A stretch of 64,000 nt of DNA. It comes from Chloroflexota bacterium. Lineage in GTDB: Bacteria > Chloroflexota > Anaerolineae > J102. The DNA lies in the NCBI GenBank assembly GCA_029782215.1, contig JAKOVD010000022.1, positions 5,165 to 69,164 on the forward strand. The letters run 5' to 3'. Made by a program: the position numbers and the translations under genes. Shown piece after piece: positions 45,570 through 54,416 of the stretch. Every line of letters begins with the position of its first letter. Within the stretch, counting starts at the first letter, position 1. The notes beneath the pieces are model-generated. The model saw nothing but the letters and a program-made list of their open reading frames with translations. It was not told the DNA's origin and ran no database searches.

Positions 45570-46232
45570 ATGTCCGTCAAAGACAACGCAACGCCCATGG
45601 AAAAACGTATGATCGATATCAGCCGCACGCTCGCGCCGGGCATGGCCGTCTGGCCGGGAGACAGCCCCTTCGGGATTGAAACCATCGTGGCCATCAGGGA
45701 TGGCGCCTCGGTCAACCTGACCACCCTGACCCTGAGCGCGCATACCGGCACCCACGTCGACGCGCCCTATCACTTTGACGACCGTGGCCGCACCCTGGAC
45801 GTCGTCGACCTGGCGCCCTTCTGGGGACCGGCGCAGGTGGTCACGGTAACCAAAGAGAGCGGCCCCCTGGAACCCGGAGATTTCGCCCACATCGATCTCC
45901 GGCAAGCGCCTCGGCTCCTGGTGCGTTCTCGGGCCAGCACGCAAGACCCGACCCGCTTCCCTGAGGAATTCGTGTATCCCAGCCCCGAACTTGCGAACTT
46001 TTTGGGCGCGCAAGGCGTCCTATTGTACGGCGCCGATGCTCCTTCGATGGACCATGCCAGCAGCGCCACTCTGCCCGGACACCACGCCCTGCTGGCCGCA
46101 GGCATCGCCATCCTTGAAGGTCTCGATCTGACCCAGGCGCCTGACGGGATCTACGAGCTGGCAGCCCTGCCGCTCAAGATCGCTGGCGGCGATGGCAGCC
46201 CTGTACGGGCTGTCCTCCGCCCCTGGCCTTGA
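45570..46232 (+). CDS. Cyclase-family protein / arylformamidase (kynurenine formamidase-like)
   Basis: HTGTHVDAPYHF motif (HxGTHxDxPxH) and DLTQAPDGIYELAALPLKI. The true start may be an internal Met (MEKRMIDIS, 45597 or 45609). Confidence 0.75.
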   Translation: MSVKDNATPMEKRMIDISRTLAPGMAVWPGDSPFGIETIVAIRDGASVNLTTLTLSAHTGTHVDAPYHFDDRGRTLDVVDLAPFWGPAQVVTVTKESGPLEPGDFAHIDLRQAPRLLVRSRASTQDPTRFPEEFVYPSPELANFLGAQGVLLYGADAPSMDHASSATLPGHHALLAAGIAILEGLDLTQAPDGIYELAALPLKIAGGDGSPVRAVLRPWP

Positions 46233-46271
46233 GGCCGGCGCCGGGACTTCCCTTTCTGAGCCGCTTCTTCC

Positions 46272-47654
46272 ATGTCGAATCCCCAGGCGCCGGTCACGGC
46301 GGCGCCCAGCTCCCCCTCCTCGCATCGCTGGTTCTACAGCTTTGTCCCGCACAAGATCGGCGCCGGCAGCAGCGTCAGCCTGCCGCCGCTCTTCATCACC
46401 GAGGTGCTGGGCGGCAGCGTGGCAGCGGTCGGCGTGGCCACTTCGCTCACTTCTGTGGCAGCCGTGCCTGCCGCCATTCTGTGGGGATGGCTCAGCGACC
46501 GCTTCGGCTCGCGCCGGCTCTACCTGGCCCTGGGGTTCCTGGGCTTTGGGGTGCCCACCCTGCTGATGGCGTTTTCGCAGAACGTCGCCAACTTCCTCCT
46601 GCTCACTGCCCTGGTCGGGGCGCTCAGCATCGCCAACACGCCTGTGAGCAGCACCCTGATCATGGACACCACGCCGCGTGACCGCTGGCACGATGCCTTC
46701 GGGCGCTTCAATGCGGTGGGGGGATGGGGCCTGGTCGGCGGCCGCCTGTTGGGCCTGGCCTGGATTGCCTATCTCACGACCGCGTGGGGCAACGACGGGG
46801 CGCAGCGCTCCCTATGGCTCATCAGTGGTGGTCTCAGCATCCTGGCCGCTGGCATTGTCTATCTGCTCACGCCACGCCCTGGCAGGGTCAAGCCCAGGCG
46901 TCCTCTGCGCCTGCTGATCTTTCTCAGCCTGGGGCGTGCGGCCGCAGCGACCACAACCGGCCTCCGGCTTGCGGCGGGGGGCATGGGCCGTCTGTTCCGC
47001 GAGCGGCCCCAGCTTCAGGCTGTTCCCGGCCAGGTGCGCCAGCGCAGCGCCGCCCTGGCCGCCGAACCGCTGATCATTTACTACTTTGCCACGGGCGCCC
47101 TGTTCACTGCCTCGGTGCTGGCCTATACGCCTTTCGCCGTCTGGCAGCGCCAGCAATTGGGAAGCAGCACCAGCAGCGTGTTCCTGATGGGCCTGGTCAA
47201 CAGCCTGGCAGCGGCCTTGGCCTACCGCTGGGCGGGCGCTGCCGCCAACCGCACAAGCGGAGTGTTGGTGCAGACCGCCGCCGTGACCCTGCGCGCACTC
47301 GTGTTTGCCGGTTTTGCCGTTCTGTCTGTGGTCGAGCTCCACACCATCGTGGCCAACAGCCTCCTGGCCGTTCTCCAGTTCGTCAGCGGCATCAGTTGGG
47401 CTGGCATCGCAGTCGCCGGCTCGACGACGCTGGCGCATCTGTCGCCGCGAGGCAGCCAGGGCGCCGCCATTGGCACCTACAACGCCTTCCTGAGCCTGGG
47501 CACCATTGCCGGGGCCTTCGCCAGCGGTTATCTTGTGCAGGGCACCAGCTTTGCCGTCGTGTTTGCCGCCGGCGCCCTGGGCATGGCGCTGACCGCGCTT
47601 CTCCTCCTCCGGGTGCGGCGGACGGCGACACGACGCAACCTGGGCTACGCCTGA
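46272..47654 (+). CDS. MFS transporter
   Basis: 460 aa, ~12 TM segments, MFS motif A-like GWLSDRFGSRR after TM2. Confidence 0.8.
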   Translation: MSNPQAPVTAAPSSPSSHRWFYSFVPHKIGAGSSVSLPPLFITEVLGGSVAAVGVATSLTSVAAVPAAILWGWLSDRFGSRRLYLALGFLGFGVPTLLMAFSQNVANFLLLTALVGALSIANTPVSSTLIMDTTPRDRWHDAFGRFNAVGGWGLVGGRLLGLAWIAYLTTAWGNDGAQRSLWLISGGLSILAAGIVYLLTPRPGRVKPRRPLRLLIFLSLGRAAAATTTGLRLAAGGMGRLFRERPQLQAVPGQVRQRSAALAAEPLIIYYFATGALFTASVLAYTPFAVWQRQQLGSSTSSVFLMGLVNSLAAALAYRWAGAAANRTSGVLVQTAAVTLRALVFAGFAVLSVVELHTIVANSLLAVLQFVSGISWAGIAVAGSTTLAHLSPRGSQGAAIGTYNAFLSLGTIAGAFASGYLVQGTSFAVVFAAGALGMALTALLLLRVRRTATRRNLGYA

Positions 47655-47747
47655 AAAGAATGCCGTTCTGTCGCCACCAGGAGGCAGGCCCGCCCCTCTC
47701 TTCCGTGGGAACCCGCCTCCTGGCACCAGATGCGACGCTCCAGCCGC

Positions 47748-48152
47748 CTAACCCATGGCAACGCCAAGCTGCTGGAGCAGGGCAGGTATCTCAAAGTAGA
47801 TGCGACCGCGCTTGATGAGGTCATTCTCCAGGTCGTAGACCACGCACAGAGGCACGTTCACCTCTTTGCCGGTGGCAGGGACGCCCGCAAACTCGCCGGT
47901 ATGCTTGCCAACAAAATCGAACTCCATCGCGCCGTTGCTGTCGCCAAAGATCGCCAGGCGAGGATTGGCAACGGCATCGAAGGCGATGTGATAGAAGTAA
48001 TACAGCAGCCCCTGAACGGCTTCGCGTCCTCGAGACTCCTGGCCGGTCGCCATGACGGTGAAAACAACATCTTCAGAGAGCATGCTGAGATCAGTGTGCG
48101 CAGAATCTGCATAGCGCTGCAGGGTTTGGCGTGTTGATTCGACAGACATCAT
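47748..48152 (-). CDS. SnoaL-like / NTF2-fold ester cyclase family protein
   Basis: 134 aa. ...FTVMATGQESRGREAV...MEFDFVGKHTGEFAGVPATGKEVNVPLCVVYDLEND.I.RGRIYFE is typical of the SnoaL fold. AAGGAG RBS. Confidence 0.65.
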   Translation of the reverse strand: MMSVESTRQTLQRYADSAHTDLSMLSEDVVFTVMATGQESRGREAVQGLLYYFYHIAFDAVANPRLAIFGDSNGAMEFDFVGKHTGEFAGVPATGKEVNVPLCVVYDLENDLIKRGRIYFEIPALLQQLGVAMG

Positions 48153-48295
48153 CCGGTCTCCTTCATCCAAGAGTGTGTGTGGGTGTTTAGGTGTGGGGGT
48201 GTTCCGGACATGGGGACCTGCGTCAGTGGTCTTCGCTGGAAAGGCGCCTCCTCGCACGGCCGGACCGCGCGCCAGGGCCTGGTGGGCTGGCAGGA

Positions 48296-49507
48296 CTACT
48301 TCTGCACCAGGTAGGGGGTGTCGTGCAGCCGTTCGGCCCCCGCCGCCGTGACCAGATAACCGTCCTCGACTCGCAGCCCGCCCCAGGGGGCGTTGAACAT
48401 GGGAATGTCAACCGAGATGACCATGTTCTCCTGGATGATGGCCGGACTGCTGGGGCCGAAGATGGGCGGCTCGAACTCGATGACGCCGACGCTGTGCACG
48501 CCTGAGTAGAGGAAGTACTGGCCCAGACCGGCGGCGCCGACCACCTGCCGGCCGGCGGCCTCGACCTGGCGGCCTTCGACGCCCGGACGGAGAACTCCAT
48601 AGCAGGTCTGCTGCGCCGTGATGGCTACGTCCAGCGCCCGCCGCGTCTCGGCGCCCGGGTCACCGACCAGAACGGCGCGGCCGATGGCCGCATGATAACC
48701 TTCGTAGCGGGGAGCGATGGTGAGCAGGACCAGGTCATCGCCGGCGATGGGACGGAAGGTGGAACGGGCCAGGATCGGCCGCGCATTCGGGCCGGATGCC
48801 ACGATGGTGTCGATGCCGGTGCCCTCGGCGCCGGCCTTGCGCATGGCAGCCTCGATCGCGGCGGCGACGGCGCGCTCGCTGACGCCGGCCCGGATGGCGT
48901 CCACGGCAGCCTGAAAACCCGCCTCTGCGATCCCGTAGGCGTAACGAATGACCTCGATCTCGGCCGGCGACTTCTGCGCCCGCAGGTTGCACAGTGCATT
49001 CTCCACATCCACCCACGCGGCCTGCGGCAGCGCCGCCTGCAGCGCTTGCCACAGACCCGCGCCGATCAGGCCCCATCCCCCCAGGCCCACCCGTTGGATA
49101 GCAGCAGGATCGATCCCCAGGTCCGCCAGGATGGCCGTCAGCGGCTGGATGGTGGCGTAGGGATAGTCTTCATCGGGATGGGTGAACTCGCGCAGGACGC
49201 GCACGTCGTCGATCCGGCCGGCCAGGAGCGCATACTGGTCGCTCTCAGGCCCCACCAGCATCACCGGGTCCCCCTCCCCGGGCATCAGGATGCAGACGGG
49301 CTCGAAATGGACCGGGAAGTTGGCCAGCCAGCGGGCATGGGCGGGGCCAAACGTGGCGCGATCGTCGGCGTAGGCCAGCAGCAGGTCCAGATCATGATCG
49401 GCCATGAGGGCCTGGACCCGGCGCCAGCGCTCAGGATACTCCGAAACGGGAATCGTCGGCTTGGTTGCTGATGACAACATATCCGGGTTCCTCAAAGGCA
49501 GGCCCAT
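48296..49507 (-). CDS. M24 family metallopeptidase (Xaa-Pro aminopeptidase/creatinase-like)
   Basis: Creatinase_N-like N-terminal half, then a pita-bread fold (KSPAEIEVIRYAYGIAEAG..., YEGYHAAIGRAV, GVHSVGV, MVISVDIP). Confidence 0.8.
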   Translation of the reverse strand: MGLPLRNPDMLSSATKPTIPVSEYPERWRRVQALMADHDLDLLLAYADDRATFGPAHARWLANFPVHFEPVCILMPGEGDPVMLVGPESDQYALLAGRIDDVRVLREFTHPDEDYPYATIQPLTAILADLGIDPAAIQRVGLGGWGLIGAGLWQALQAALPQAAWVDVENALCNLRAQKSPAEIEVIRYAYGIAEAGFQAAVDAIRAGVSERAVAAAIEAAMRKAGAEGTGIDTIVASGPNARPILARSTFRPIAGDDLVLLTIAPRYEGYHAAIGRAVLVGDPGAETRRALDVAITAQQTCYGVLRPGVEGRQVEAAGRQVVGAAGLGQYFLYSGVHSVGVIEFEPPIFGPSSPAIIQENMVISVDIPMFNAPWGGLRVEDGYLVTAAGAERLHDTPYLVQK

Positions 49508-49570
49508 TCACGGGACAGAGCGCCCCGAGCGACTTGCCACGATTGATGCTCTTTGGGTGCCTCCGATCCT

Positions 49571-50155
49571 CTAGCCCCGCCGGCGCTTGATTTCGGCGCT
49601 CATCTGGCTATGGGCATCGCGGATGCCCTGCGGTGTGGCGGCGAAGTTGAAGGCATCCTTGGCATCGATAGAAAGGGCGGCAGCCGTTGTGATTGCATCC
49701 TGGTTTGCGGCCTGGAAGATGAATTCCCAACTGTACTTCTCCCGCTGGTGCCTGATCATGGAGGCAATGCGCTCGCGGGTGTAGTCATGGCTCGCATTCT
49801 CCAGGCCGTCCGTCATGATGGTGACGATAACCTTGCCCGGTCGCTCCGGCTCAGGAGTCGCCGCCAGACGCGCACCCAGATCATCGATCGTCCGTCCCAT
49901 GGCGTCCAGCAGGGCGGTGGTGCCGCGCGGAATATAGGTCTTGTTGTCCAGCGGCCGGATCAGACGGATATCGACGCTCTGGTGGACGACTTGGTACTCA
50001 TGGTCAAAGAGGATCAACGTCCAGCTTGCCTGACCGGGATGGCTTTGCTGGTCTGCCAGGAAGCTGTTGTAACCACCGATTGCATCAGAGGCAAGGCTCT
50101 GCATGGACCCTGAACGGTCCATGATGTAGGCGATCTCCGTCAAATCTGTCTTCAT
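49571..50155 (-). CDS. Stand-alone von Willebrand factor type A domain protein
   Basis: MIDAS motif YIMDRSGSM, ...GTTALLDAMG..., IVTIMTDGLEN. GAGGAG RBS before the ATG at 50155. Confidence 0.8.
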   Translation of the reverse strand: MKTDLTEIAYIMDRSGSMQSLASDAIGGYNSFLADQQSHPGQASWTLILFDHEYQVVHQSVDIRLIRPLDNKTYIPRGTTALLDAMGRTIDDLGARLAATPEPERPGKVIVTIMTDGLENASHDYTRERIASMIRHQREKYSWEFIFQAANQDAITTAAALSIDAKDAFNFAATPQGIRDAHSQMSAEIKRRRG

Positions 50156-50396
50156 TGTCCTATACTCCTCAAGGGTCGCGAGAAAGGTCGAACCCAGAAC
50201 TCTGTGCGCGAGCTTCACATCTGGCTTCCCTGGCGGGGCGCGAAGCCGTCATCTCAGCTTGTTCGCTGCTTGTGCCGATGACGGGATCATTGTCGCGCTT
50301 TGCGCCCAAAACGCAAGTGCTGCCTGCAGCTCGCCAGGTGGCGCCATTTCCTGCTGTGCGCCTCCCGGCCTCTCGCCTGCCATCCCCCCCACATGC

Positions 50397-50402
50397 TATA
50401 AT
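50397..50402 (+). promoter_or_regulatory. Candidate -10 box (perfect TATAAT) 7 nt upstream of the first BMC-P gene's ATG (leaderless-type arrangement)
   Basis: gcTATAATcctccgcATGcaa. Confidence 0.4.
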
Positions 50403-50409
50403 CCTCCGC

Positions 50410-50682
50410 ATGCAACTTGCCCGCGTCATTGGCACGCTCGTCGCCACCCAGAAATACACCGGACTCGAAGGCGTTAAGCTGCTGGTCGTGCAGCCCCTGG
50501 ACCGCCAGCAGCGGCCCACAGGGAAACCCCAGGTGGCGGCAGACGCCACGGCGCAGGCAGGACCCGGCGAGCTCGTCTACACCATCGCCAGCCGCGAGGC
50601 GGCGCTGGCTTTGCAGGAGACGTTCGTACCGGTGGACCTGGCTATTGTCGGCATCGTCGACGACGTCCTGGTGGAGGGCTAG
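50410..50682 (+). CDS. Bacterial microcompartment vertex protein (EutN/CcmL, BMC-P)
   Basis: 90 aa. MQLARVIGTLVATQKYTGLEGVKLLVVQPLD...VDLAIVGIVDDV is the characteristic EutN/CcmL pattern. Confidence 0.85.
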   Translation: MQLARVIGTLVATQKYTGLEGVKLLVVQPLDRQQRPTGKPQVAADATAQAGPGELVYTIASREAALALQETFVPVDLAIVGIVDDVLVEG

Positions 50683-50686
50683 CCGC

Positions 50687-50962
50687 ATGTACATCGGGCG
50701 GGTTACCGGCAACGTCGTTGCCACCGTCAAGCATCCCTTCTTCCAGGGTCATAAGCTGCTGCTCGTGGCCCGCGAGAGCCTGGAAGGCGAGGTCGGGGCG
50801 GCCTATGACATTGCCCTGGATCTGGTGCAGGCGGGCGTTGGCGATCGGGTGCTGGTGCTGGACGAAGGCAGCAGCGCCCGGCAACTACTGAACGCAGAAC
50901 CGGCAGGCCCCATCCGGGCGGTCGTGGTCGGCATTGTCGATGACGTGGAGTTGGCGGAATGA
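50687..50962 (+). CDS. Bacterial microcompartment vertex protein (EutN/CcmL, BMC-P), second paralogue
   Basis: 91 aa. MYIGRVTGNVVATVKHPFFQGHKLLLV...GDRVLVLDEGSSAR...IRAVVVGIVDDV. GGAGGG RBS. Confidence 0.85.
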   Translation: MYIGRVTGNVVATVKHPFFQGHKLLLVARESLEGEVGAAYDIALDLVQAGVGDRVLVLDEGSSARQLLNAEPAGPIRAVVVGIVDDVELAE

Positions 50963-51741
50963 GTCTGATCAGACACAGCGGTGAATCGGGCGGCGGCGAA
51001 CAGCGCCGCAAGACCGAGCAGGAATGGCGGCAGGAGATCATCCACGTCTGCAAGCTGATGTGGCAGAAGGACTACGTCGCCGCCAGCGATGGCAACGTCA
51101 GCGTCCGCCTGGGCGGTGACCGCTACCTGGTCACCCCGAGCGGCTTTTCCAAGGGCTTCCTGGAGCCCGACCAGTTGCTGGTCATCGACGGCGACGCCGA
51201 GCCGCTCGGCCCGCGCTACGGCGCAGCCCGCCACCTGCGCGTGTCGAGCGAGATCCTGTTGCACCTCGAAGCCTACAAACGGCGGCCTGACGTTCTCAGC
51301 GTCCTGCACGCCCATCCCCCCACGGCCATCGCACTCTCGATCGCCGGGATTTCGCTCGCCCGCTGTGTGTTACCCGAGGTGATGATGAGCTTCGGGCTGA
51401 TACCGACTACGGCCTACGCCACCCCGGCCTCGGCCGAAGGCGCCAAGGTGATTGCAGGGCTGATCGAGTCCTACGATGCCCTCATCCTGCGGCGGCACGG
51501 CAGCGTCACGGTGGGCAAGAGCGCCTGGGATGCCTACCTGAAGCTGGAGCGGCTGGAACACGCCGCCATGATCACCCGCACCATCGTGCAGTTGGGGGGC
51601 GAGACACCCCTGCCGTCTGAAGAGGCGCTGAAGCTGGCTGAGTGGCGGGCGGAACGCGGGCTGCTGGTGGGGACGCAGCCTGAGGACCTGTGCCGGGCCT
51701 GCGGGGTGTGTCACATTCCCGGCGCCAACCGCCCGCGCTAG
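50959..51741 (+). CDS. Class II aldolase/adducin family protein (fuculose/rhamnulose-phosphate aldolase-like) with N- and C-terminal extensions
   Basis: SDGNVSVRL, zinc ligands VLHAHPP and RRHGSVTVG. Its start overlaps the BMC-P stop (ATGA). About 45 extra C-terminal residues include SEEALKLAEWRAERGLL and CRACGVCH. Confidence 0.8.
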   Translation: MSLIRHSGESGGGEQRRKTEQEWRQEIIHVCKLMWQKDYVAASDGNVSVRLGGDRYLVTPSGFSKGFLEPDQLLVIDGDAEPLGPRYGAARHLRVSSEILLHLEAYKRRPDVLSVLHAHPPTAIALSIAGISLARCVLPEVMMSFGLIPTTAYATPASAEGAKVIAGLIESYDALILRRHGSVTVGKSAWDAYLKLERLEHAAMITRTIVQLGGETPLPSEEALKLAEWRAERGLLVGTQPEDLCRACGVCHIPGANRPR

Positions 51742-51766
51742 ACAACCCGGTCCGGCGGGCAAGCCG

Positions 51767-53293
51767 TCACGACTTTGTCGCGCCGTTGTTGCAGCACAAG
51801 GTCCAGGCGCGGCCGCGGCGGGCCAGAAGCGCCACAGCTTCGTCAGGACCGGAGGAACCCGGCTCATAGAAAGCCAGGGGCGGGCCGTCGCCGCTGGCCC
51901 AGGCATGATGGATGGCGTCGATAATGCGCCAGGAGGATTCGATCTCGTCGGCGCGGGCGAAGAGCGAGGCATCGCCCAGCAGGGCATCCAGCAGCAGGCG
52001 CTCGTACGCTTCGGGCAGGCCCTGCTCGCCAAAGGTGCTGGCAAAGGCGTAGTCCATGTCCACGCCCCGGGCGCGCATTCCGGCGCCGGGCACCTTGGCC
52101 TGAAAGCCCAGATGGAATCCTTCGTCGGGCTGCAAACAAAAAGAGAGTGTGTTGGTGATGTTGGTGGAGCGGTCATCCGTGCGGAAGAGCATATGCGGCA
52201 CTTCCTTGAACTGGATGACGAGCTCCGTCACCTTGTCTCCAAGCGCCTTGCCGGAACGCAAATAGAAGGGCACCCCCTGCCAGCGCCAGTTGTCGACGAA
52301 GACCTCCAGCGCCGCATAGGTCGGGGTCGTCGAATCGGCAGCAACTCCCTCCTCCTGGCGATAGGTGGGACCATCGCCTTTGCGTGAGCGGTATTGGGCT
52401 CGCACGCTGCGGATGGCCATTTCCGAGGGTGTGGGCACCCGCACCGCTCGCAGCACCTTGACCTTCTCATCGCGCAGCAGCGTTGCATCCCAACTGGTGG
52501 GCGGCTCCATAGCCGTGAGCGTCAGCAACTGCATGATATGGTTCTGGAACATGTCGCGCATCACGCCGGCCTGGTCGTAGTAACCGCCGCGCCGCCCGAC
52601 ACCCACATCCTCGAGCACGGAGATCTGCACGTGATCGATGTAGTAGCGATTCCACAGCGGCTCAAAAATGGCGTTGGCAAACCGGAAGACCATGATGTTC
52701 TGCACGGTCTCCTTGCCCAGGTAGTGGTCGATGCGGTAGATCTGCTCCTCATCAAAGACATAGTGGAGCTTGCCGTTCAGGTCGTGGGCGCTGGCCAGGT
52801 CACGGCCAAAAGGTTTCTCGACCACAATGCGCGTGTAGCCATTGCCGGTCTTGCACATGCTGGCAGCACCGAGCTGCTGCACGATGGGCGCGTACACCTC
52901 AGGAGGCGTTGCCAGGTAGTACAGGCGATTGGCAGGCAAGCCGTTGTCGGCTTCGAGTTGGGCCAGGTAACCGGCCAGGTCCTGATAGTCTTCGAGACGG
53001 TCGTATTGGAGGTGCTTGTAGTGCAGCTTCGACGCGAAGCCGTCCCAAGCTGGACCGTCCTGGACCTGCCCCCGTCCGAAGCTCTGCACGCCCTCCCGCA
53101 TATGCTGGCGAAACGTGTCGTCGTCCATCGGTGTGCGGGCCACGCCGACGATGAGGTAACGTTCGGGCAGCAGCCCAGAGCCGGCAAGCGTATGCAGCGC
53201 CGGGATCAGCTTGCGCTGGGTCAAGTCGCCAGAAGCGCCAAAGATGACGATGGTGACCGGCGGCGGGATGCGGATGCGAGAGAGATCAGGCAT
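51767..53293 (-). CDS. zwf: Glucose-6-phosphate dehydrogenase
   Basis: IFGASGDLTQRKLIPAL, RIDHYLGKETVQNI, and a length of 508 aa. Confidence 0.95.
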   Translation of the reverse strand: MPDLSRIRIPPPVTIVIFGASGDLTQRKLIPALHTLAGSGLLPERYLIVGVARTPMDDDTFRQHMREGVQSFGRGQVQDGPAWDGFASKLHYKHLQYDRLEDYQDLAGYLAQLEADNGLPANRLYYLATPPEVYAPIVQQLGAASMCKTGNGYTRIVVEKPFGRDLASAHDLNGKLHYVFDEEQIYRIDHYLGKETVQNIMVFRFANAIFEPLWNRYYIDHVQISVLEDVGVGRRGGYYDQAGVMRDMFQNHIMQLLTLTAMEPPTSWDATLLRDEKVKVLRAVRVPTPSEMAIRSVRAQYRSRKGDGPTYRQEEGVAADSTTPTYAALEVFVDNWRWQGVPFYLRSGKALGDKVTELVIQFKEVPHMLFRTDDRSTNITNTLSFCLQPDEGFHLGFQAKVPGAGMRARGVDMDYAFASTFGEQGLPEAYERLLLDALLGDASLFARADEIESSWRIIDAIHHAWASGDGPPLAFYEPGSSGPDEAVALLARRGRAWTLCCNNGATKS

Positions 53294-53403
53294 GGCGGAT
53301 GAAAAGCTGCAAGAGAAAGACGGATGGCCGCATCAGGGGCGGTGCGGCGGCGCCTGGGCCAGGCGCCGGCTGCCGGAGCCCTCGTCGAGCGGTTCAATGC
53401 CGT

Positions 53404-54144
53404 TCATGGCAGACCCGCTGCCTCGGCGACAGCCGTGTCCAGGAGCCAGAAGAGGCGCCCGTTGCTGAGGTCGACGCGGCCTGCGGGCAGGAGCGGCTGC
53501 TGTGGGTCGGGCCAAAAGACCTGGCTGAGGGTGGGGCCCTTGTCTGCCCCAGCCACCAGGAACAGGCAGTAGGCAGAGCGGTTCAGCACCGGCAGCGTCA
53601 GGGTCAGGCGGCGATGGGGTGCGACAGGCGCTTCGCCGACGGCGGCGAGCTTGTGCGTCTCCTCGGCGGCAGGCGTGCCAGGGAAGAGAGAGGCCGTGTG
53701 ACCATCAGCCCCCATGCCCAACAGGATAAGGTCAAAGCGGGGCTTGCCGGTGGGGCTGAGACGAAAGACCTGGCGCATCTCCGCCTCGTAGGCGGCGGCA
53801 GCCACCGCCGGGTCCTCAGCCTCGCCGCGCATCCGATGCACGTGAACGACGGACAGATGGCCGAGCAGCAGGGTGTAGGCGACCGCATAGTTGCTGTCTG
53901 GATGGTCGGGGGGCACACACCGTTCATCGGCCCACCAGACGTGTACGTGCGACCAGGGCACCTGCGCCTGCCATTCTGCGGTTGCCAACAAGCGGAACAG
54001 GGCGCGCGGGGTGGAGCCGCCGGAAAGCGCGATGTGGGCCACCCCCCGGCGCTCGACGGCCTGCTGCGTGACCGTCGCCAGCACCTCAGCAGCAACCGCA
54101 GGCAGCCGTTCCAGAGCGAACACATCGTAGACAGGCCCAATCAT
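53404..54144 (-). CDS. pgl: 6-phosphogluconolactonase
   Basis: IALSGGSTP, WWADERCVPPDHPDSNY, LILLGMGADGHTASLFPG. Located upstream of zwf on the same strand. Confidence 0.9.
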   Translation of the reverse strand: MIGPVYDVFALERLPAVAAEVLATVTQQAVERRGVAHIALSGGSTPRALFRLLATAEWQAQVPWSHVHVWWADERCVPPDHPDSNYAVAYTLLLGHLSVVHVHRMRGEAEDPAVAAAAYEAEMRQVFRLSPTGKPRFDLILLGMGADGHTASLFPGTPAAEETHKLAAVGEAPVAPHRRLTLTLPVLNRSAYCLFLVAGADKGPTLSQVFWPDPQQPLLPAGRVDLSNGRLFWLLDTAVAEAAGLP

Positions 54145-54250
54145 GGGCAGCAGTGTAGCAGCAACGATCGGCGCCGTCAAAGCGTTCGCAGGGCATCCAG
54201 GAAAGCACAAAAGGGCCCTCGCGCGCTGGCGAAAGACCCTTTTGTGTCCG

Positions 54251-54326
54251 TGGCGCCCCCAACGGGCTTCGAACCCGTGTCTTCAGCTTGAAAGGCTGAC
54301 ATCCTAGTCCACTAGACGATAGGGGC
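54251..54326 (-). tRNA. tRNA-Glu (anticodon UUC), CCA encoded
   Basis: Reverse complement: GCCCCTATCGTCTAGTGGACTAGGATGTCAGCCTTTCAAGCTGAAGACACGGGTTCGAAGCCCGTTGGGGGCGCCA. It folds with a 7-bp acceptor stem, D arm TCGTCTAGTGGAC, anticodon loop CTTTCAA, and T arm ACGGGTTCGAAGCCCGT. Confidence 0.9.
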
Positions 54327-54404
54327 ACGCACCAAAACAGAATGTCAGCGTGAGTGCGATTGTAGCAGAGGGTAGCGTCCCTAGTCAAAGCGAAGCCGTG
54401 TCGC

Positions 54405-54410
54405 TATACT
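54405..54410 (+). promoter_or_regulatory. Candidate -10 box (TATACT) 6 nt upstream of the yihY-like ATG (leaderless-type arrangement)
   Basis: gtcgcTATACTccggggATGcgt. Confidence 0.35.
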
Positions 54411-54416
54411 CCGGGG

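Noticed and set aside
47655-47747. Possible terminator hairpin between the MFS and SnoaL-like genes (ccaggaggc ... gcctcctgg).
   Set aside because: The 9-bp stem encloses a ~29-nt loop and has no U-run. This is too weak to call.
49571-50155. Stand-alone vWA protein as part of a defence or ternary (vWA-MoxR, vWA-kinase-phosphatase) system.
   Set aside because: No MoxR ATPase, Ser/Thr kinase/phosphatase, TerD-type or other partner gene is adjacent. The neighbours are an M24 peptidase gene and the divergently oriented BMC-P genes.
54145-54416. tRNA-Glu as an integration hotspot (att site) for adjacent genes.
   Set aside because: There is no partial tRNA duplicate, integrase or compositional break on either side. 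The flanking genes (pgl, yihY-like) are ordinary housekeeping-type genes.
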